NCBI GenBank assembly: GCA_963707145.1
Contig: CAVPOQ010000006.1
Coordinates: 30,159 to 94,158, forward strand
Source: an uncultured Gammaproteobacteria bacterium
GTDB lineage: Bacteria > Pseudomonadota > Gammaproteobacteria > Steroidobacterales > Steroidobacteraceae
Direction: 5' to 3'
DNA: 64,000 nt
The translations under genes and the position numbers were made by a program. The notes below the pieces were generated by a model. The model was not told the DNA's origin. It saw nothing but the letters and a program-made list of their open reading frames with translations, and ran no database searches. Shown here one piece after another: positions 1-8,738 of this stretch. How positions within the stretch are numbered: the first letter of the stretch is position 1; each line of letters opens with the position of its first letter.

Positions 1-374
1 CCACAGAGTACTTGTAGGGGGTCCGCTGGCCACCCTTGGCGGCACCTGCCTTCACGGTGCCTTCGATCTTGCTTCCCTGGAACCCCGAATCGGTCCACCC
101 CTCGAACGGGCTGTCGCCCTCGAATGACGACCGACTTCTTGGCGCCGGACACCGACCACCTGACCGTGTCGCCCTCGCAGACGTCGATCGAGGTGGCGTC
201 CGCGTCGTCGGCAAGTTTGACGACCTTCAACACGCACTGATCGTCCTTGACCTTGAACTTGAGCTTGTGGGTCTTCTTCTCTGTCGGACAATCGGCAACG
301 GCGACACCCACGGCGGACTGCAGCAGGAACAGGCAGAGCACAGAAGCGGCGACCGACAGTCGATGGCTGGTCAT
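1..374 (-). CDS. Partial small secreted protein of unknown function (runs off the window edge). The coding frame appears to switch near 125-135.
   Basis: ATG at 374-372 is followed by a signal-peptide-like MTSHRLSVAASVLCLFLLQSAVGVAVA. GC3-rich codons hold in that frame down to ~130. The GC3-rich signal then continues in another frame (..FEGDSPFEGWTDSGFQGSKIEGTVKAGAAKGGQRTPYKYSV) to position 1. Not in the ORF track because it leaves the window. Confidence 0.45.
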   Translation of the reverse strand, partial: MTSHRLSVAASVLCLFLLQSAVGVAVADCPTEKKTHKLKFKVKDDQCVLKVVKLADDADATSIDVCEGDTVRWSVSGAKKSVVIRGRQPVRGVDRFGVPGKQDRRHREGRCRQGWPADPLQVLC

Positions 375-515
375 GGTTCCCCCGATTTGTTCTGGTCCGA
401 CTCGACGTGCACCCGCCGAGTCCTGGCTCGCAGACGCAACGACGCTCGACGGAGTCTCCTCGCGCGGGTGCGAAATGTCACGCGACGGGACGCAACCTAT
501 GCCCTGCCGGCGCGA

Positions 516-1808
516 CTACGGCGCCAGCACGCCCGTGCTCGCCCCGATCACCATCTCGACCAGCGACGGATCGGAGCCGCGCACCCAGCCGGCAACAGCC
601 CGGTCGGCCGCCACCGCCACGCTGCCGACGTAGGGGTTCGGCGACAACGACTGCGTGTTCCATGCGACGGTCTTGACGCCGATGCCCGTGCCGGCCGTCA
701 CCTTGCCGTCCCAGGCGATGGCGTAAAGGCCGCTCTCCCCTCCCGCCGCGTCGGCCTGGGTGGTCACGACGTCGAAGGTGTACAGCGAGCCCCAGCTCTT
801 GCCCGCGGTCGCCGTCGTACTCGCGCGCAGTTTGCCGGTCATGTAGTCGACGCCGTAGAGCATGGCGCCGCCGGCCCCGCCGCCCGTGATCGCGAGCGAG
901 CTGCCGAGTGGATCGAACTTGGCGAGGTGACGCAGCGCGGTCCAGTTCGAGGTCGGCGTCGACGTCGAGATGTTCATGCCGCCGTAGCGGTTGTAGAGCA
1001 CGAAGTAGCCGTTGCCGGCCGCGTCGAGCGCCGCGTCGGTCGCGTAGGTCTGGCCGGCCTTGGACGGGATCGCCTTGGGAGTCGTGTTCCACGCCCCCGG
1101 GCCCGCCGAGCGCCACGCGAGGTAGCCGGCCACCACCATCCCCTGCCCGTGCGAGTTCACCAGCAGCCGCGGGAAGGCGCCCGGCGTCTTCGTGAGCACG
1201 GTGGGCGCGGTCCAGTTGCCGAGCCGGTCCAGGACGAGGACCTCCGCGTCGTAAGACCTGTAGCTGCCGTTCACCCGCGTTGCGGCCAGCAGCAACTGCA
1301 CGTCGCCGTTGCTGTCGACCCCGGCTCCGGCGACCTGCCCGTAGCCGGAATCCGCGGGAATCACCGCGGCCGGCGACCACGCGCCGTTCGCATGGATCCG
1401 GTAGTACGGGGTCTCGCCTTCGGACCAGTAGACAGTGACCTTGCCGTCGGGCGCGACGACCACCCCGGAGGGCGAGTTGTAGGCCGTCGGGCTCGCCGTC
1501 AGCCGCAGCGGAGCAGTCCATGCGCCGCCGGAGTTCACGGCCGCGTAAACGTCACTCGTGTAGTCGTCAACGCGTTCGTCCCAGACCAGCGCGGCCGCCC
1601 CGTTCGCATTGACAGCCGTCCGGGCGTAAATCGAGCCGCTCGGAGACGGCACCGCGACCACTGCCTCGGGAGACCACGTCGCCTGCGCGGCCGCGGCCTC
1701 GTGCAGCGGCACGCATAACAGTGCCGCCGCCGACAGTCCCAGTGCCACTGCGCGCTGGCGCGCCACCCGATGCGCACGGTACCCCGCTGCGACCGATCGA
1801 TCCCGCAT
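516..1808 (-). CDS. Secreted repeat protein, probable beta-propeller, unknown function
   Basis: ATG at 1808 and an N-terminal signal peptide (..ALGLSAAALLCVPLHEAAAAQA). About 7 recurrences of a G-x-W-[TSN] blade-like motif at roughly 50-aa spacing (GGAWTAPLRL, NGAWSPAAVI, LGNWTAPTVL, PGAWNTTPKAI, TSNWTALRHL, GKSWGSLYTF). Confidence 0.7.
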   Translation of the reverse strand: MRDRSVAAGYRAHRVARQRAVALGLSAAALLCVPLHEAAAAQATWSPEAVVAVPSPSGSIYARTAVNANGAAALVWDERVDDYTSDVYAAVNSGGAWTAPLRLTASPTAYNSPSGVVVAPDGKVTVYWSEGETPYYRIHANGAWSPAAVIPADSGYGQVAGAGVDSNGDVQLLLAATRVNGSYRSYDAEVLVLDRLGNWTAPTVLTKTPGAFPRLLVNSHGQGMVVAGYLAWRSAGPGAWNTTPKAIPSKAGQTYATDAALDAAGNGYFVLYNRYGGMNISTSTPTSNWTALRHLAKFDPLGSSLAITGGGAGGAMLYGVDYMTGKLRASTTATAGKSWGSLYTFDVVTTQADAAGGESGLYAIAWDGKVTAGTGIGVKTVAWNTQSLSPNPYVGSVAVAADRAVAGWVRGSDPSLVEMVIGASTGVLAP

Positions 1809-1962
1809 CGCGAACGGATCGTATTCGTCATGAGTTGACTGCTCCCGCTTGGATTGACCGCCGTAGGACGGCGGGCAAGCGGGAAATCAATCGCGTCCGA
1901 GAGGACGCCCCGCGAATCAGGTACTGATCAGTTCGACGCCCTCCGACGGACGTACCGTGCCT

Positions 1963-2250
1963 TCATCGGGCTGCAAGCCCGGGACCCGACGCCGAACGAG
2001 GGCAGCGCAACGGATCGCCTGGCAGCGGCGGATGGCCCTCGGGCAGCACTGGCGGATGACCCTCCGGCAAGCCCAGATGGTGACCCGGAATCGGCGGATG
2101 GCCGTCGGGGAGCGATCCGGCATCCACGAGCATGCCGCCGGCCTCACGGGCCGATTCGACCGCGCTCGCACCGGTGCCGCCGTCGAAGCCGCAGCCCGCG
2201 ACCATCAGGGCGGCCGCCATCCAGGGAAGAACTCTCGCGACGCGACTCAT
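1963..2250 (-). CDS. Small lipoprotein with three P-[DE]-G-H-P-P repeats
   Basis: ATG at 2250 with GGAGG 7 nt upstream. Lipobox LMVAGC. Mature part contains LPDGHPPIPG, LPEGHPPV and LPEGHPPLPG. GC3-rich codons. Confidence 0.6.
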   Translation of the reverse strand: MSRVARVLPWMAAALMVAGCGFDGGTGASAVESAREAGGMLVDAGSLPDGHPPIPGHHLGLPEGHPPVLPEGHPPLPGDPLRCPRSASGPGLAAR

Positions 2251-2454
2251 GGCCTGCCTCCAGTCTCGACGGTACTGAACTCTGCGCCGGAACCGCCGGC
2301 ATTGCAGACGAAATCGCTGTCACGTCGCTGGTGGATTCATCCGGGACGGCCCGCCGCGGGTGGCTGCTACAATGCCTTGCGTTGCGGATCCATGCGCGCT
2401 GGCGCTGCGAAACGGTCATCTGCATTGCGATCGACGAACCGACAGCGAGATGCC

Positions 2455-3168
2455 ATGAGCGACCGGATTCCACCCGACTCAGACGATCCCGCCCTGCCCG
2501 TCTCGGCCCGCATCCGCACGCGCATCGAGCAGGCGCGCCATCGCTTCCACGCCAACGACAACATCTCCGCCTTCCTGCGCCCGGGCGAGCTCGAAGCGCT
2601 GATCGACGAAGTCGAGGGTCGGATGCGAGGCGTGCTCGAGAGCCTCGTGATCGACACCGAGAGCGATCACAACACCCAGGACACCGCACGGCGCGTCGCG
2701 AAGATGTACCTCACGGAAGTGTTCCGCGGGCGCTACGTGCCGGCGCCGCCAGTCACCGAGTTTCCGAACGCCGAGCACCTCAACGAGCTGATGATCGTCG
2801 GCCCGATCACGGTGCGCAGCGCGTGCAGCCATCACTTCTGCCCGATCCTCGGACGGCTGTGGATCGGCATCATGCCCAACGAGCACTCCAACCTGATCGG
2901 ACTGTCGAAGTACTCGCGTCTCGCCGAGTGGATCATGGGGCGGCCGCAGATCCAGGAGGAAGCGATCACGCAGATGGCCGACCTGCTCATGAACAAGGTG
3001 AGCCCGGACGGACTCGCCGTCGTGATGGAAGCCGATCACTTCTGCATGCACTGGCGCGGCGTCAAGGACGACCGTACCAAGATGGTCAACAGCGTGATGC
3101 GCGGTTCGTTCCTCAAGGACCCCACGCTGCGCCGCGAGTTCCTCTCACTGATCTCCCTGACCGACTGA
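2455..3168 (+). CDS. folE: GTP cyclohydrolase I (FolE type)
   Basis: C-terminal 190 aa match the FolE family as I know it (ARRVAKMY..., VRSACSHHFCPI, EADHFCMHWRGV). I place the start at ATG 2455 (MSDRIPP...). The 1957 start of the track ORF adds a low-complexity Arg/Ala extension. Confidence 0.9.
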   Translation: MSDRIPPDSDDPALPVSARIRTRIEQARHRFHANDNISAFLRPGELEALIDEVEGRMRGVLESLVIDTESDHNTQDTARRVAKMYLTEVFRGRYVPAPPVTEFPNAEHLNELMIVGPITVRSACSHHFCPILGRLWIGIMPNEHSNLIGLSKYSRLAEWIMGRPQIQEEAITQMADLLMNKVSPDGLAVVMEADHFCMHWRGVKDDRTKMVNSVMRGSFLKDPTLRREFLSLISLTD

Positions 3169-3175
3169 GGCCACC

Positions 3176-3604
3176 ATGCTCGTTCGCCTGCTCTACGCCA
3201 GCCGCGCCACCTCCCCGATGATCGCCTCGGTGCAGGAGTCGATCCTCGAGCAGTCGCGGGCGCGCAACCCCAAGGCCGGCATCACCGGCATCCTGTGCTT
3301 CAGCGACGATCTGTTCATCCAGGTGCTCGAGGGCAGCCGCGACGAGGTGTGCGAGCTCTACAACACCATCGTTCGCGACGGCCGCCACCAGCACGTGCGC
3401 ATCCTGAGCTTCGAGGAGATCCACGAGCGACGCTTCGGCAACTGGACCATGGGCCAGGTGAACCTGGCCAAGGTCAACCCGTCGCTGCTGCTGAAATACG
3501 GCGAGCGCGCCGAGTTGAACCCGTTCTCCGCCTCCGCGCAGGCCACGATGGCGCTGCTCGATGAACTGATCGCGGCCGCCCTCGTGGTCGGCCGCGCCAG
3601 CTGA
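3176..3604 (+). CDS. Short BLUF-domain blue-light FAD photoreceptor
   Basis: 142 aa. BLUF hallmarks are present: Tyr in LLYASRA, ITGILCF...FIQVLEGS (conserved Gln), RH..V and FGNWTMG (Trp/Met). GAGG lies 6 nt upstream. It starts 7 nt after the folE stop. Confidence 0.85.
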   Translation: MLVRLLYASRATSPMIASVQESILEQSRARNPKAGITGILCFSDDLFIQVLEGSRDEVCELYNTIVRDGRHQHVRILSFEEIHERRFGNWTMGQVNLAKVNPSLLLKYGERAELNPFSASAQATMALLDELIAAALVVGRAS

Positions 3605-3610
3605 GACGAT

Positions 3611-4726
3611 TCAGGCGGAGCGCAGCTCCGGCGCCTCGGGCACCAGCGACGGATAGTCGCTGTAACCCTCCGGGCCCGGCGTGTAGAAGAGCTCCGTCCG
3701 CGGCTGCGCCAGTTCGGCCCCCGATCGCAGACGCTCCACGAAGTCGGGATTGGCGATGAACGGCCGCCCGAAGACGGCGAGCTGGATCAGTCCCGCGTCG
3801 AGCAGTGCCTGCGCGCTCGCACCGTTCAGGTTGCCCGCCGCGAGCAACGCGCCCTTGACGTGCGGACGCAGCGCCGGGATCAGTGCCTGGGAGTCCCCTG
3901 CATTGTTGAGCTGCGGGCTGAACGCGTCCGGCAGCATGATGTGCAGGTAGGCCATGTCGGCCGTGGGCAGCGCGTCGAACAGCGCGCGGTGGGTCTCGAG
4001 CGGGTTCGCGTCCACGAGATCGTTGAACATGTGGCCGGGCGAGACGCGCAGGCCGGTGCGCTGCGCCCCGATCGCGGCCGCAACGGCCTCGACCACCTCC
4101 ACGACGAACCGGATCCGCCCGTTGATCGAGCCGCCGTAGGCGTCGCCGCGCTGGTTGGTGTTCGTGGCGAGGAACTGGTTGAGCAGGTAGCCGTTGGCGG
4201 CATGCAGCTCGACGCCGTCGAAGCCGGCAGCGACCGCATTGCGGGCGGCGGCAACGAACTCCTCGACGACGGCGGGCAGTTCGGCGGTGGCGAGCGCACG
4301 CGGCGCCGGGTAGTCCTGAAGTTGCTTCTGGTCGGTCCACATCTGGCCCGCCGGCGTCACCGCCGACGGCGCCACCGGCGCATCCGGGATCTGGCGGTTA
4401 AGCGGGTGCGCGATGCGGCCCACATGCATGATCTGCAGGAACATGCGCGCGCCCTTCGCATGCACGCCGTCCGTGACGCGCTTCCAGGCAGCCACCTGTT
4501 CCGGCGTGTGGATGCCGGGCGTGCGGCAGTAGCCCTGGCCCGCGAAGCTCGGCTGCGTGCCCTCGGCGATCACCAGCCCCGCACCGGCCCGCTGCGCGTA
4601 GTAGTCGGCGACGAACGGCATCGGTACGCCGCGCACGTCGGCACGCTGGCGCGTGAGCGGCGCCATTGCGATGCGGTTCTTCAGGGTGTGGCCGGCGAGG
4701 ACCGTCGGGTCGAAGAGACTCTTCAT
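3611..4726 (-). CDS. Old Yellow Enzyme family NAD(P)H:flavin oxidoreductase (NemA-like ene-reductase)
   Basis: MKSLFDPTVLAGHTLKNRIAMAPLTR... and GFDGVELHAANGYLLNQFL are typical OYE motifs. ATG at 4726 with GGAG upstream. The track ORF start at 4786 adds 20 unlikely residues. Confidence 0.85.
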   Translation of the reverse strand: MKSLFDPTVLAGHTLKNRIAMAPLTRQRADVRGVPMPFVADYYAQRAGAGLVIAEGTQPSFAGQGYCRTPGIHTPEQVAAWKRVTDGVHAKGARMFLQIMHVGRIAHPLNRQIPDAPVAPSAVTPAGQMWTDQKQLQDYPAPRALATAELPAVVEEFVAAARNAVAAGFDGVELHAANGYLLNQFLATNTNQRGDAYGGSINGRIRFVVEVVEAVAAAIGAQRTGLRVSPGHMFNDLVDANPLETHRALFDALPTADMAYLHIMLPDAFSPQLNNAGDSQALIPALRPHVKGALLAAGNLNGASAQALLDAGLIQLAVFGRPFIANPDFVERLRSGAELAQPRTELFYTPGPEGYSDYPSLVPEAPELRSA

Positions 4727-4799
4727 GCTGGGTGGGCTCCTGCGATGGAGTTCACCGGTTCGCCCGGCAGGAGCCCCGGGATTCACCCGAGCCCGCGCT

Positions 4800-5672
4800 T
4801 CAGGGCCAGCCGGCGCCCGGCGTGGCCACTTCCGTCACGGCGATGCGGCCGAGCCGAGCCCGTGAAACCACGTCCGCCACCGAGGACGGCGCGGTCATCA
4901 TGTACAGCGTGCGCCGTTGCGGGCCACCCAGCATGCAGGCGAAACACGGCTGGTCCGTCTCGACCGTCGCGACGATCGCGCCGCCCGGCGCCACCAGCAC
5001 GCACTCGGGCGCAATGGCATTGGCAACCCAGACGTGGCCGTTCGCGTCGAGACAGATGCCGTCCGGCGCCCGCATGCCGAGCGTGGCCCAGACCCTGCGA
5101 TTCGACAGCGCGCCGTCCGGGGCGATGTCGAAGGCCGTGAGACGCAGCGCGAGCGTCTCGGCGACGATCATCGTGCGTCCGTCCGGCGTGATGACCGAGC
5201 CGTTCGGAAAATGCAGGTCCGCGGCCGCCTCGCGCACCACTCCGTCCGGGCGCACGCATGCGAGCCGCGCCGTCGGGTGCTCGGCGAGCACCCCCTCGAC
5301 GCCGCGCGCCTCGAGCGCCTCGTCCAGCGCGAAACCGAAGTTGCCGACGTAGGCCCGCCCCTGCCCGTCGACGACCATGTCGTTGGCGTGATGGGTCGCC
5401 ACGCCGGAGAGCTCGGCATGCACCTTCACGCCGTCGGGATCCACCCGCAGCACCTGCATCCGGTGCATTGCGACGACCAGCAACCGACCGTCCGGCAGCC
5501 AGCCGAGCCCGGAGGGCTGGTCGTCGATCTCGAACTCCGTACGCACCACGCCGGCCGCATCCATGGACTTGACCGCGTGATCGTAGAAATCGCTGAACCA
5601 CAGCCGGCCGTCGTGCCAGCGCGGTCCCTCGCCGAAGAACAGGCCCTCGGCCAGGTTGCTTGCCTTGGTCAT
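4800..5672 (-). CDS. SMP-30/gluconolactonase/LRE-family protein (lactonase-like beta-propeller)
   Basis: 290 aa. GEGPRWHDGRLWFSD, DGRLLVV, PNGSVITPDGRTMIVAET and PDGICLDANGHVWVA resemble the SGL family. Confidence 0.8.
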   Translation of the reverse strand: MTKASNLAEGLFFGEGPRWHDGRLWFSDFYDHAVKSMDAAGVVRTEFEIDDQPSGLGWLPDGRLLVVAMHRMQVLRVDPDGVKVHAELSGVATHHANDMVVDGQGRAYVGNFGFALDEALEARGVEGVLAEHPTARLACVRPDGVVREAAADLHFPNGSVITPDGRTMIVAETLALRLTAFDIAPDGALSNRRVWATLGMRAPDGICLDANGHVWVANAIAPECVLVAPGGAIVATVETDQPCFACMLGGPQRRTLYMMTAPSSVADVVSRARLGRIAVTEVATPGAGWP

Positions 5673-5820
5673 GGAACGGTCCTCGCAGCGGCGGACGGAA
5701 TCCTGAAGCTACTCCTCCGCGGAGTGCTTGAGGAGCGTCCCGTGGGTCGGCCACGCTCGTGCAGCGATCCATGGCAACGGACGTCGTTCGCCGCGGGCCG
5801 CGCGCTGCACGGCCGCGGAC

Positions 5821-6777
5821 CTACGCCAGGGCCATCATGATCGACTTCAGGATCTTGTCGGTCCGGGTCTCGCGGCGGAACCCCATCACGCCGTCGAGCC
5901 AGGGTCGGACCATCAGCAGTTCGACGTTGAATCCCTGCGGGTCGTTGAGATACCCGACGACGACCTGCCCGGCCGAGCTCACGAGTTCCGCGTTCGGCCT
6001 GAAGCCGCCCGCCACCATCCGTTCCCAGGCCGCGCGGATGTCGTCCGCGTTCCTGAAGCCGAACGCGACGTTCATCATGCCGTGGTCACAGATGCGATAG
6101 CCGTCGGGCCACGGCCGCGGCGCGGGATCGGCGTACTCGGTGATCTCGAGCCAGGCCGTGCCCGCGTCGAGGAGGACGCCGCGCTTGCGGGCGGGCGGCT
6201 CGTCCCAGAGCGGTCCCTTGTCGGGCGGCGCCGCATCGAGGAGCGGGCAGCCGATGGCGTCGCGAAACGACTTCAAGGCGACGTCGAGGCTCGGGACGCT
6301 CAGTCCGACGCCGGCGAAGCGCGCGCGCAGGTGCGACGGAACCGGGCGCGATGCGGGACCCACCTCGAGCAGCACGCCGTTCGGGTCGTGCAGGACGAAA
6401 TAGGGCTTGCCGTCGATCGACTTGATGGACGACAGGCCGGGCACGGAGCGCCGGGCACAGGTGGCGTGGAAGGCGACCGGGTCGTTCACCTCCATCGCCA
6501 TCCGGCTGTACCCGATGTCCCAGGGCCTGCGCTGCCTGGCGAAGGAACGCGACTGCGGCGACTGGTACTGGAACAGTTCCAGCTGGAAGAACTCCCGATC
6601 ATCCATGTGCCAGTTCGCGATGAACCGCGGATCGGGCAGGGCCTGCACCTTCGCGGGCACTTTGCCCTTGAACACGGTGCCGCCGACGCGCGGAACCCCG
6701 AACAGGGACTCGTAGAACGCCACAGAGTTGTCGGCGTTCTCGACGATGATCGCGATCTGATTCAGGCACATTGTCAT
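5821..6777 (-). CDS. Two-domain VOC (glyoxalase/bleomycin-resistance/dioxygenase) family protein
   Basis: Start chosen at ATG 6777 (MTMCLNQIAIIVEN...) with GGGAG 6 nt upstream. Two VOC-like halves (..IAIIVENADNSVAFYESLFG.. and ..GVGLSVPSLDVALKSFRDAIG..). Confidence 0.7.
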   Translation of the reverse strand: MTMCLNQIAIIVENADNSVAFYESLFGVPRVGGTVFKGKVPAKVQALPDPRFIANWHMDDREFFQLELFQYQSPQSRSFARQRRPWDIGYSRMAMEVNDPVAFHATCARRSVPGLSSIKSIDGKPYFVLHDPNGVLLEVGPASRPVPSHLRARFAGVGLSVPSLDVALKSFRDAIGCPLLDAAPPDKGPLWDEPPARKRGVLLDAGTAWLEITEYADPAPRPWPDGYRICDHGMMNVAFGFRNADDIRAAWERMVAGGFRPNAELVSSAGQVVVGYLNDPQGFNVELLMVRPWLDGVMGFRRETRTDKILKSIMMALA

Positions 6778-6850
6778 TTCAGGCTCCCTTGCTTGCCGCA
6801 TTGCGGCCAGAGCGAGACCGGGTCGGACTCGGTCATGCAGATCGTGCGGC

Positions 6851-7843
6851 TCAAATGAGACCGGTCGACCGCGCCCAGGCCTCCGACCGTCGCATGCCTT
6901 CGGCAAGGTCCACCTTTGGTTCGAAGCCCAGCAGTTGCCGCGCCTTCTCGATGCTGTAAGTCCCGGGCCGCGACATCAACCCGATCGCGCCCCGGCCCAT
7001 CTCGGTGCTGCGCCCCGTCAGCCGTGCCAGCCTCCCCCCGGCCTCGGCCAGGCCGATGGCGAGGCCTTTCGGCATGCTGGGAGGCGAACCCGTCTTGCCG
7101 AGCCAGCGCCAGTGATGGCCGAAGAATTCCGCGCATGTGACCCCGGTACCGGCTGCCAGGTTGAAGACCTGGCCCACCCCTGTCTCGAGGCCAGCCGCAA
7201 GCACGACTCCGTCGATCAGGTCGTCGACGTAGATTGGGCTGAAGATCCCGCGGCCGCCGTCGGGCAGGATGAACTGGCGCGATTTCATCATTTGCACCGG
7301 AACGACGACCCACGCGCGCGAGGCCGGGCCGTACACGTCAGCGGGCCGGATGATGGTGCAGGCGATTTCCCCGCTGGCGTGAGCCGCGAGGATCGTGTGC
7401 TCGCCGGTGATCTTGGTGTCGGTGTACGAATTGCCATTCGTGATCAGTGGCCAGGATTCGTCCGCGCCATCCGGAAAATCGAAACCGTATGCCGCCACCG
7501 ACGACAGGTGCACGAATCGCTTCACGCCGGCCTCGCGGCAGGCCGTCAGCAGGCGCCGGGTGCCATGGCAGTTCACTTCCCAGGCGCTTCGCATTGGAGC
7601 CACCATGGAGACGACGGCGGCGGTGTGGATGACGAGGTCAGCGCTATCGATGTGCCTGTGCCATCGGTCCACCTCGCGCACGTCGCCCGCGACGACGTTC
7701 CAGGCCGGATCGGCCGCCATGTCCACGCCGCAGGTCTCGGCACCGTAATCACGGTAGCGCCGGGCCAGCGCACGACCGATGAAGCCATTCGCGCCGGTGA
7801 TGAACACCCGCCTCGGCAGTGCAATGCTCCCCTTGATGTTCAT
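6851..7843 (-). CDS. NAD-dependent epimerase/dehydratase family (extended SDR) protein
   Basis: Start at ATG 7843 (MNIKGSIALPRRVFITGANGFIGRAL). Rossmann GxxGxxG motif and Y..TK (NSYTDTKITGE) catalytic motif. The upstream part of the 508-aa track ORF is Arg/Ala junk. Confidence 0.85.
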   Translation of the reverse strand: MNIKGSIALPRRVFITGANGFIGRALARRYRDYGAETCGVDMAADPAWNVVAGDVREVDRWHRHIDSADLVIHTAAVVSMVAPMRSAWEVNCHGTRRLLTACREAGVKRFVHLSSVAAYGFDFPDGADESWPLITNGNSYTDTKITGEHTILAAHASGEIACTIIRPADVYGPASRAWVVVPVQMMKSRQFILPDGGRGIFSPIYVDDLIDGVVLAAGLETGVGQVFNLAAGTGVTCAEFFGHHWRWLGKTGSPPSMPKGLAIGLAEAGGRLARLTGRSTEMGRGAIGLMSRPGTYSIEKARQLLGFEPKVDLAEGMRRSEAWARSTGLI

Positions 7844-7902
7844 TCGGTAAACCTCGTACGGCCGGTCAAAGGCGATGGTGGGCGGCGCGCCGGTCCCGAG
7901 GC

Positions 7903-8691
7903 TCAGAAGCTCATCGAGGGCAGGTCGGCGAGCGTCCTGCGGGCCTTCGCGATGTCGAGCGTCTGCATGGCGTCGGCGGGCTCGAGCGTGACGGCCTTCT
8001 GCAGCAGCTGCATGGCATCGTCCTTGCTCGAGTCGCCGAACATCAGCAGCAGGCCGCTCGCCTTCTCGATGCAAGGCACGGGCGAGCCGGGTGCCAGCGC
8101 GACGGCCTGGTCGTAGTGCTCCTCGGCGAGGTCCTTCTTGGCGCCGAAGCTCAGGCCCGCGAGCATGCCGCCAACCTTGTCCACGATCTCGGCATGCCAG
8201 CCCGCCAGCGTCGCGTGGCCCTCCGCGTGCTTCGGCTGCAACTCGAGACAGCGTTGTGCCGAGTCGCGGATCTTCGGACCGAGGCCCTTGCTCAATGCCT
8301 CGATCATGCTGATGAACTGGCTGTAGCGACCGCGCGAGACCGCCAGCATGTAATGTGCGTTGGCGTTGTCCGGACACGCTTCGGTCGCGCGCTCGGCGAG
8401 ATCCATGGCCGTCTCGAAGAGGGCGACTTTCCGGTCTTCCTCGGGCTCGAGGTAATGGGCATAGATCGTCGCGGCGAACGCCGCCGGCACCAGCCCGAGG
8501 CCACCATGGGCCTTGCCGAGACTGACGGCGTCCTCGAATCGGCCCTCATGGTAGGCGCGCCACGCCTCCTGCACCGCGGGCTCGGCCGGGTACGGCTCGA
8601 GGTTGCCCGCATGGAGGACCTGCCAGTGCTGCTCGAGGGACGGGCCCGCGAAGTCGAACGGCGTGCCCGTGTATGCGTGCCAGTTGCTCAC
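7903..8691 (-). CDS. All-helical (TPR-like) hypothetical protein
   Basis: GTG start at 8691 with AGGAG 7 nt upstream. 262 aa with GC3-rich codons and helical-repeat-like composition. No family recognised. Confidence 0.6.
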   Translation of the reverse strand: MSNWHAYTGTPFDFAGPSLEQHWQVLHAGNLEPYPAEPAVQEAWRAYHEGRFEDAVSLGKAHGGLGLVPAAFAATIYAHYLEPEEDRKVALFETAMDLAERATEACPDNANAHYMLAVSRGRYSQFISMIEALSKGLGPKIRDSAQRCLELQPKHAEGHATLAGWHAEIVDKVGGMLAGLSFGAKKDLAEEHYDQAVALAPGSPVPCIEKASGLLLMFGDSSKDDAMQLLQKAVTLEPADAMQTLDIAKARRTLADLPSMSF

Positions 8692-8738
8692 GTTGATCTC
8701 CTTGGGTAATCAGTGCGCCCGGCGCAGCGGCGCCGTGT

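Noticed and set aside
36-1718. 560-aa plus-strand ORF (TTG start) and the nested ORFs 478..1521 and 908..1195
   Set aside because: It has the same antisense, low-complexity character. The minus-strand ORF 516..1808 has a signal peptide and a regular repeat structure.
1957-2454. N-terminal extensions of track ORFs. Examples: folE from 1957, the epimerase from 8377, greA ORF from 56522, carA ORF from 59663, nuoG/nuoB/nuoC/nuoE/nuoK extensions and dapB from 60354.
   Set aside because: The extensions are Arg/Ala/Pro-rich and overlap the upstream gene. They also lack family similarity. Internal ATG/GTG/TTG starts with SD sequences give proteins of canonical length.
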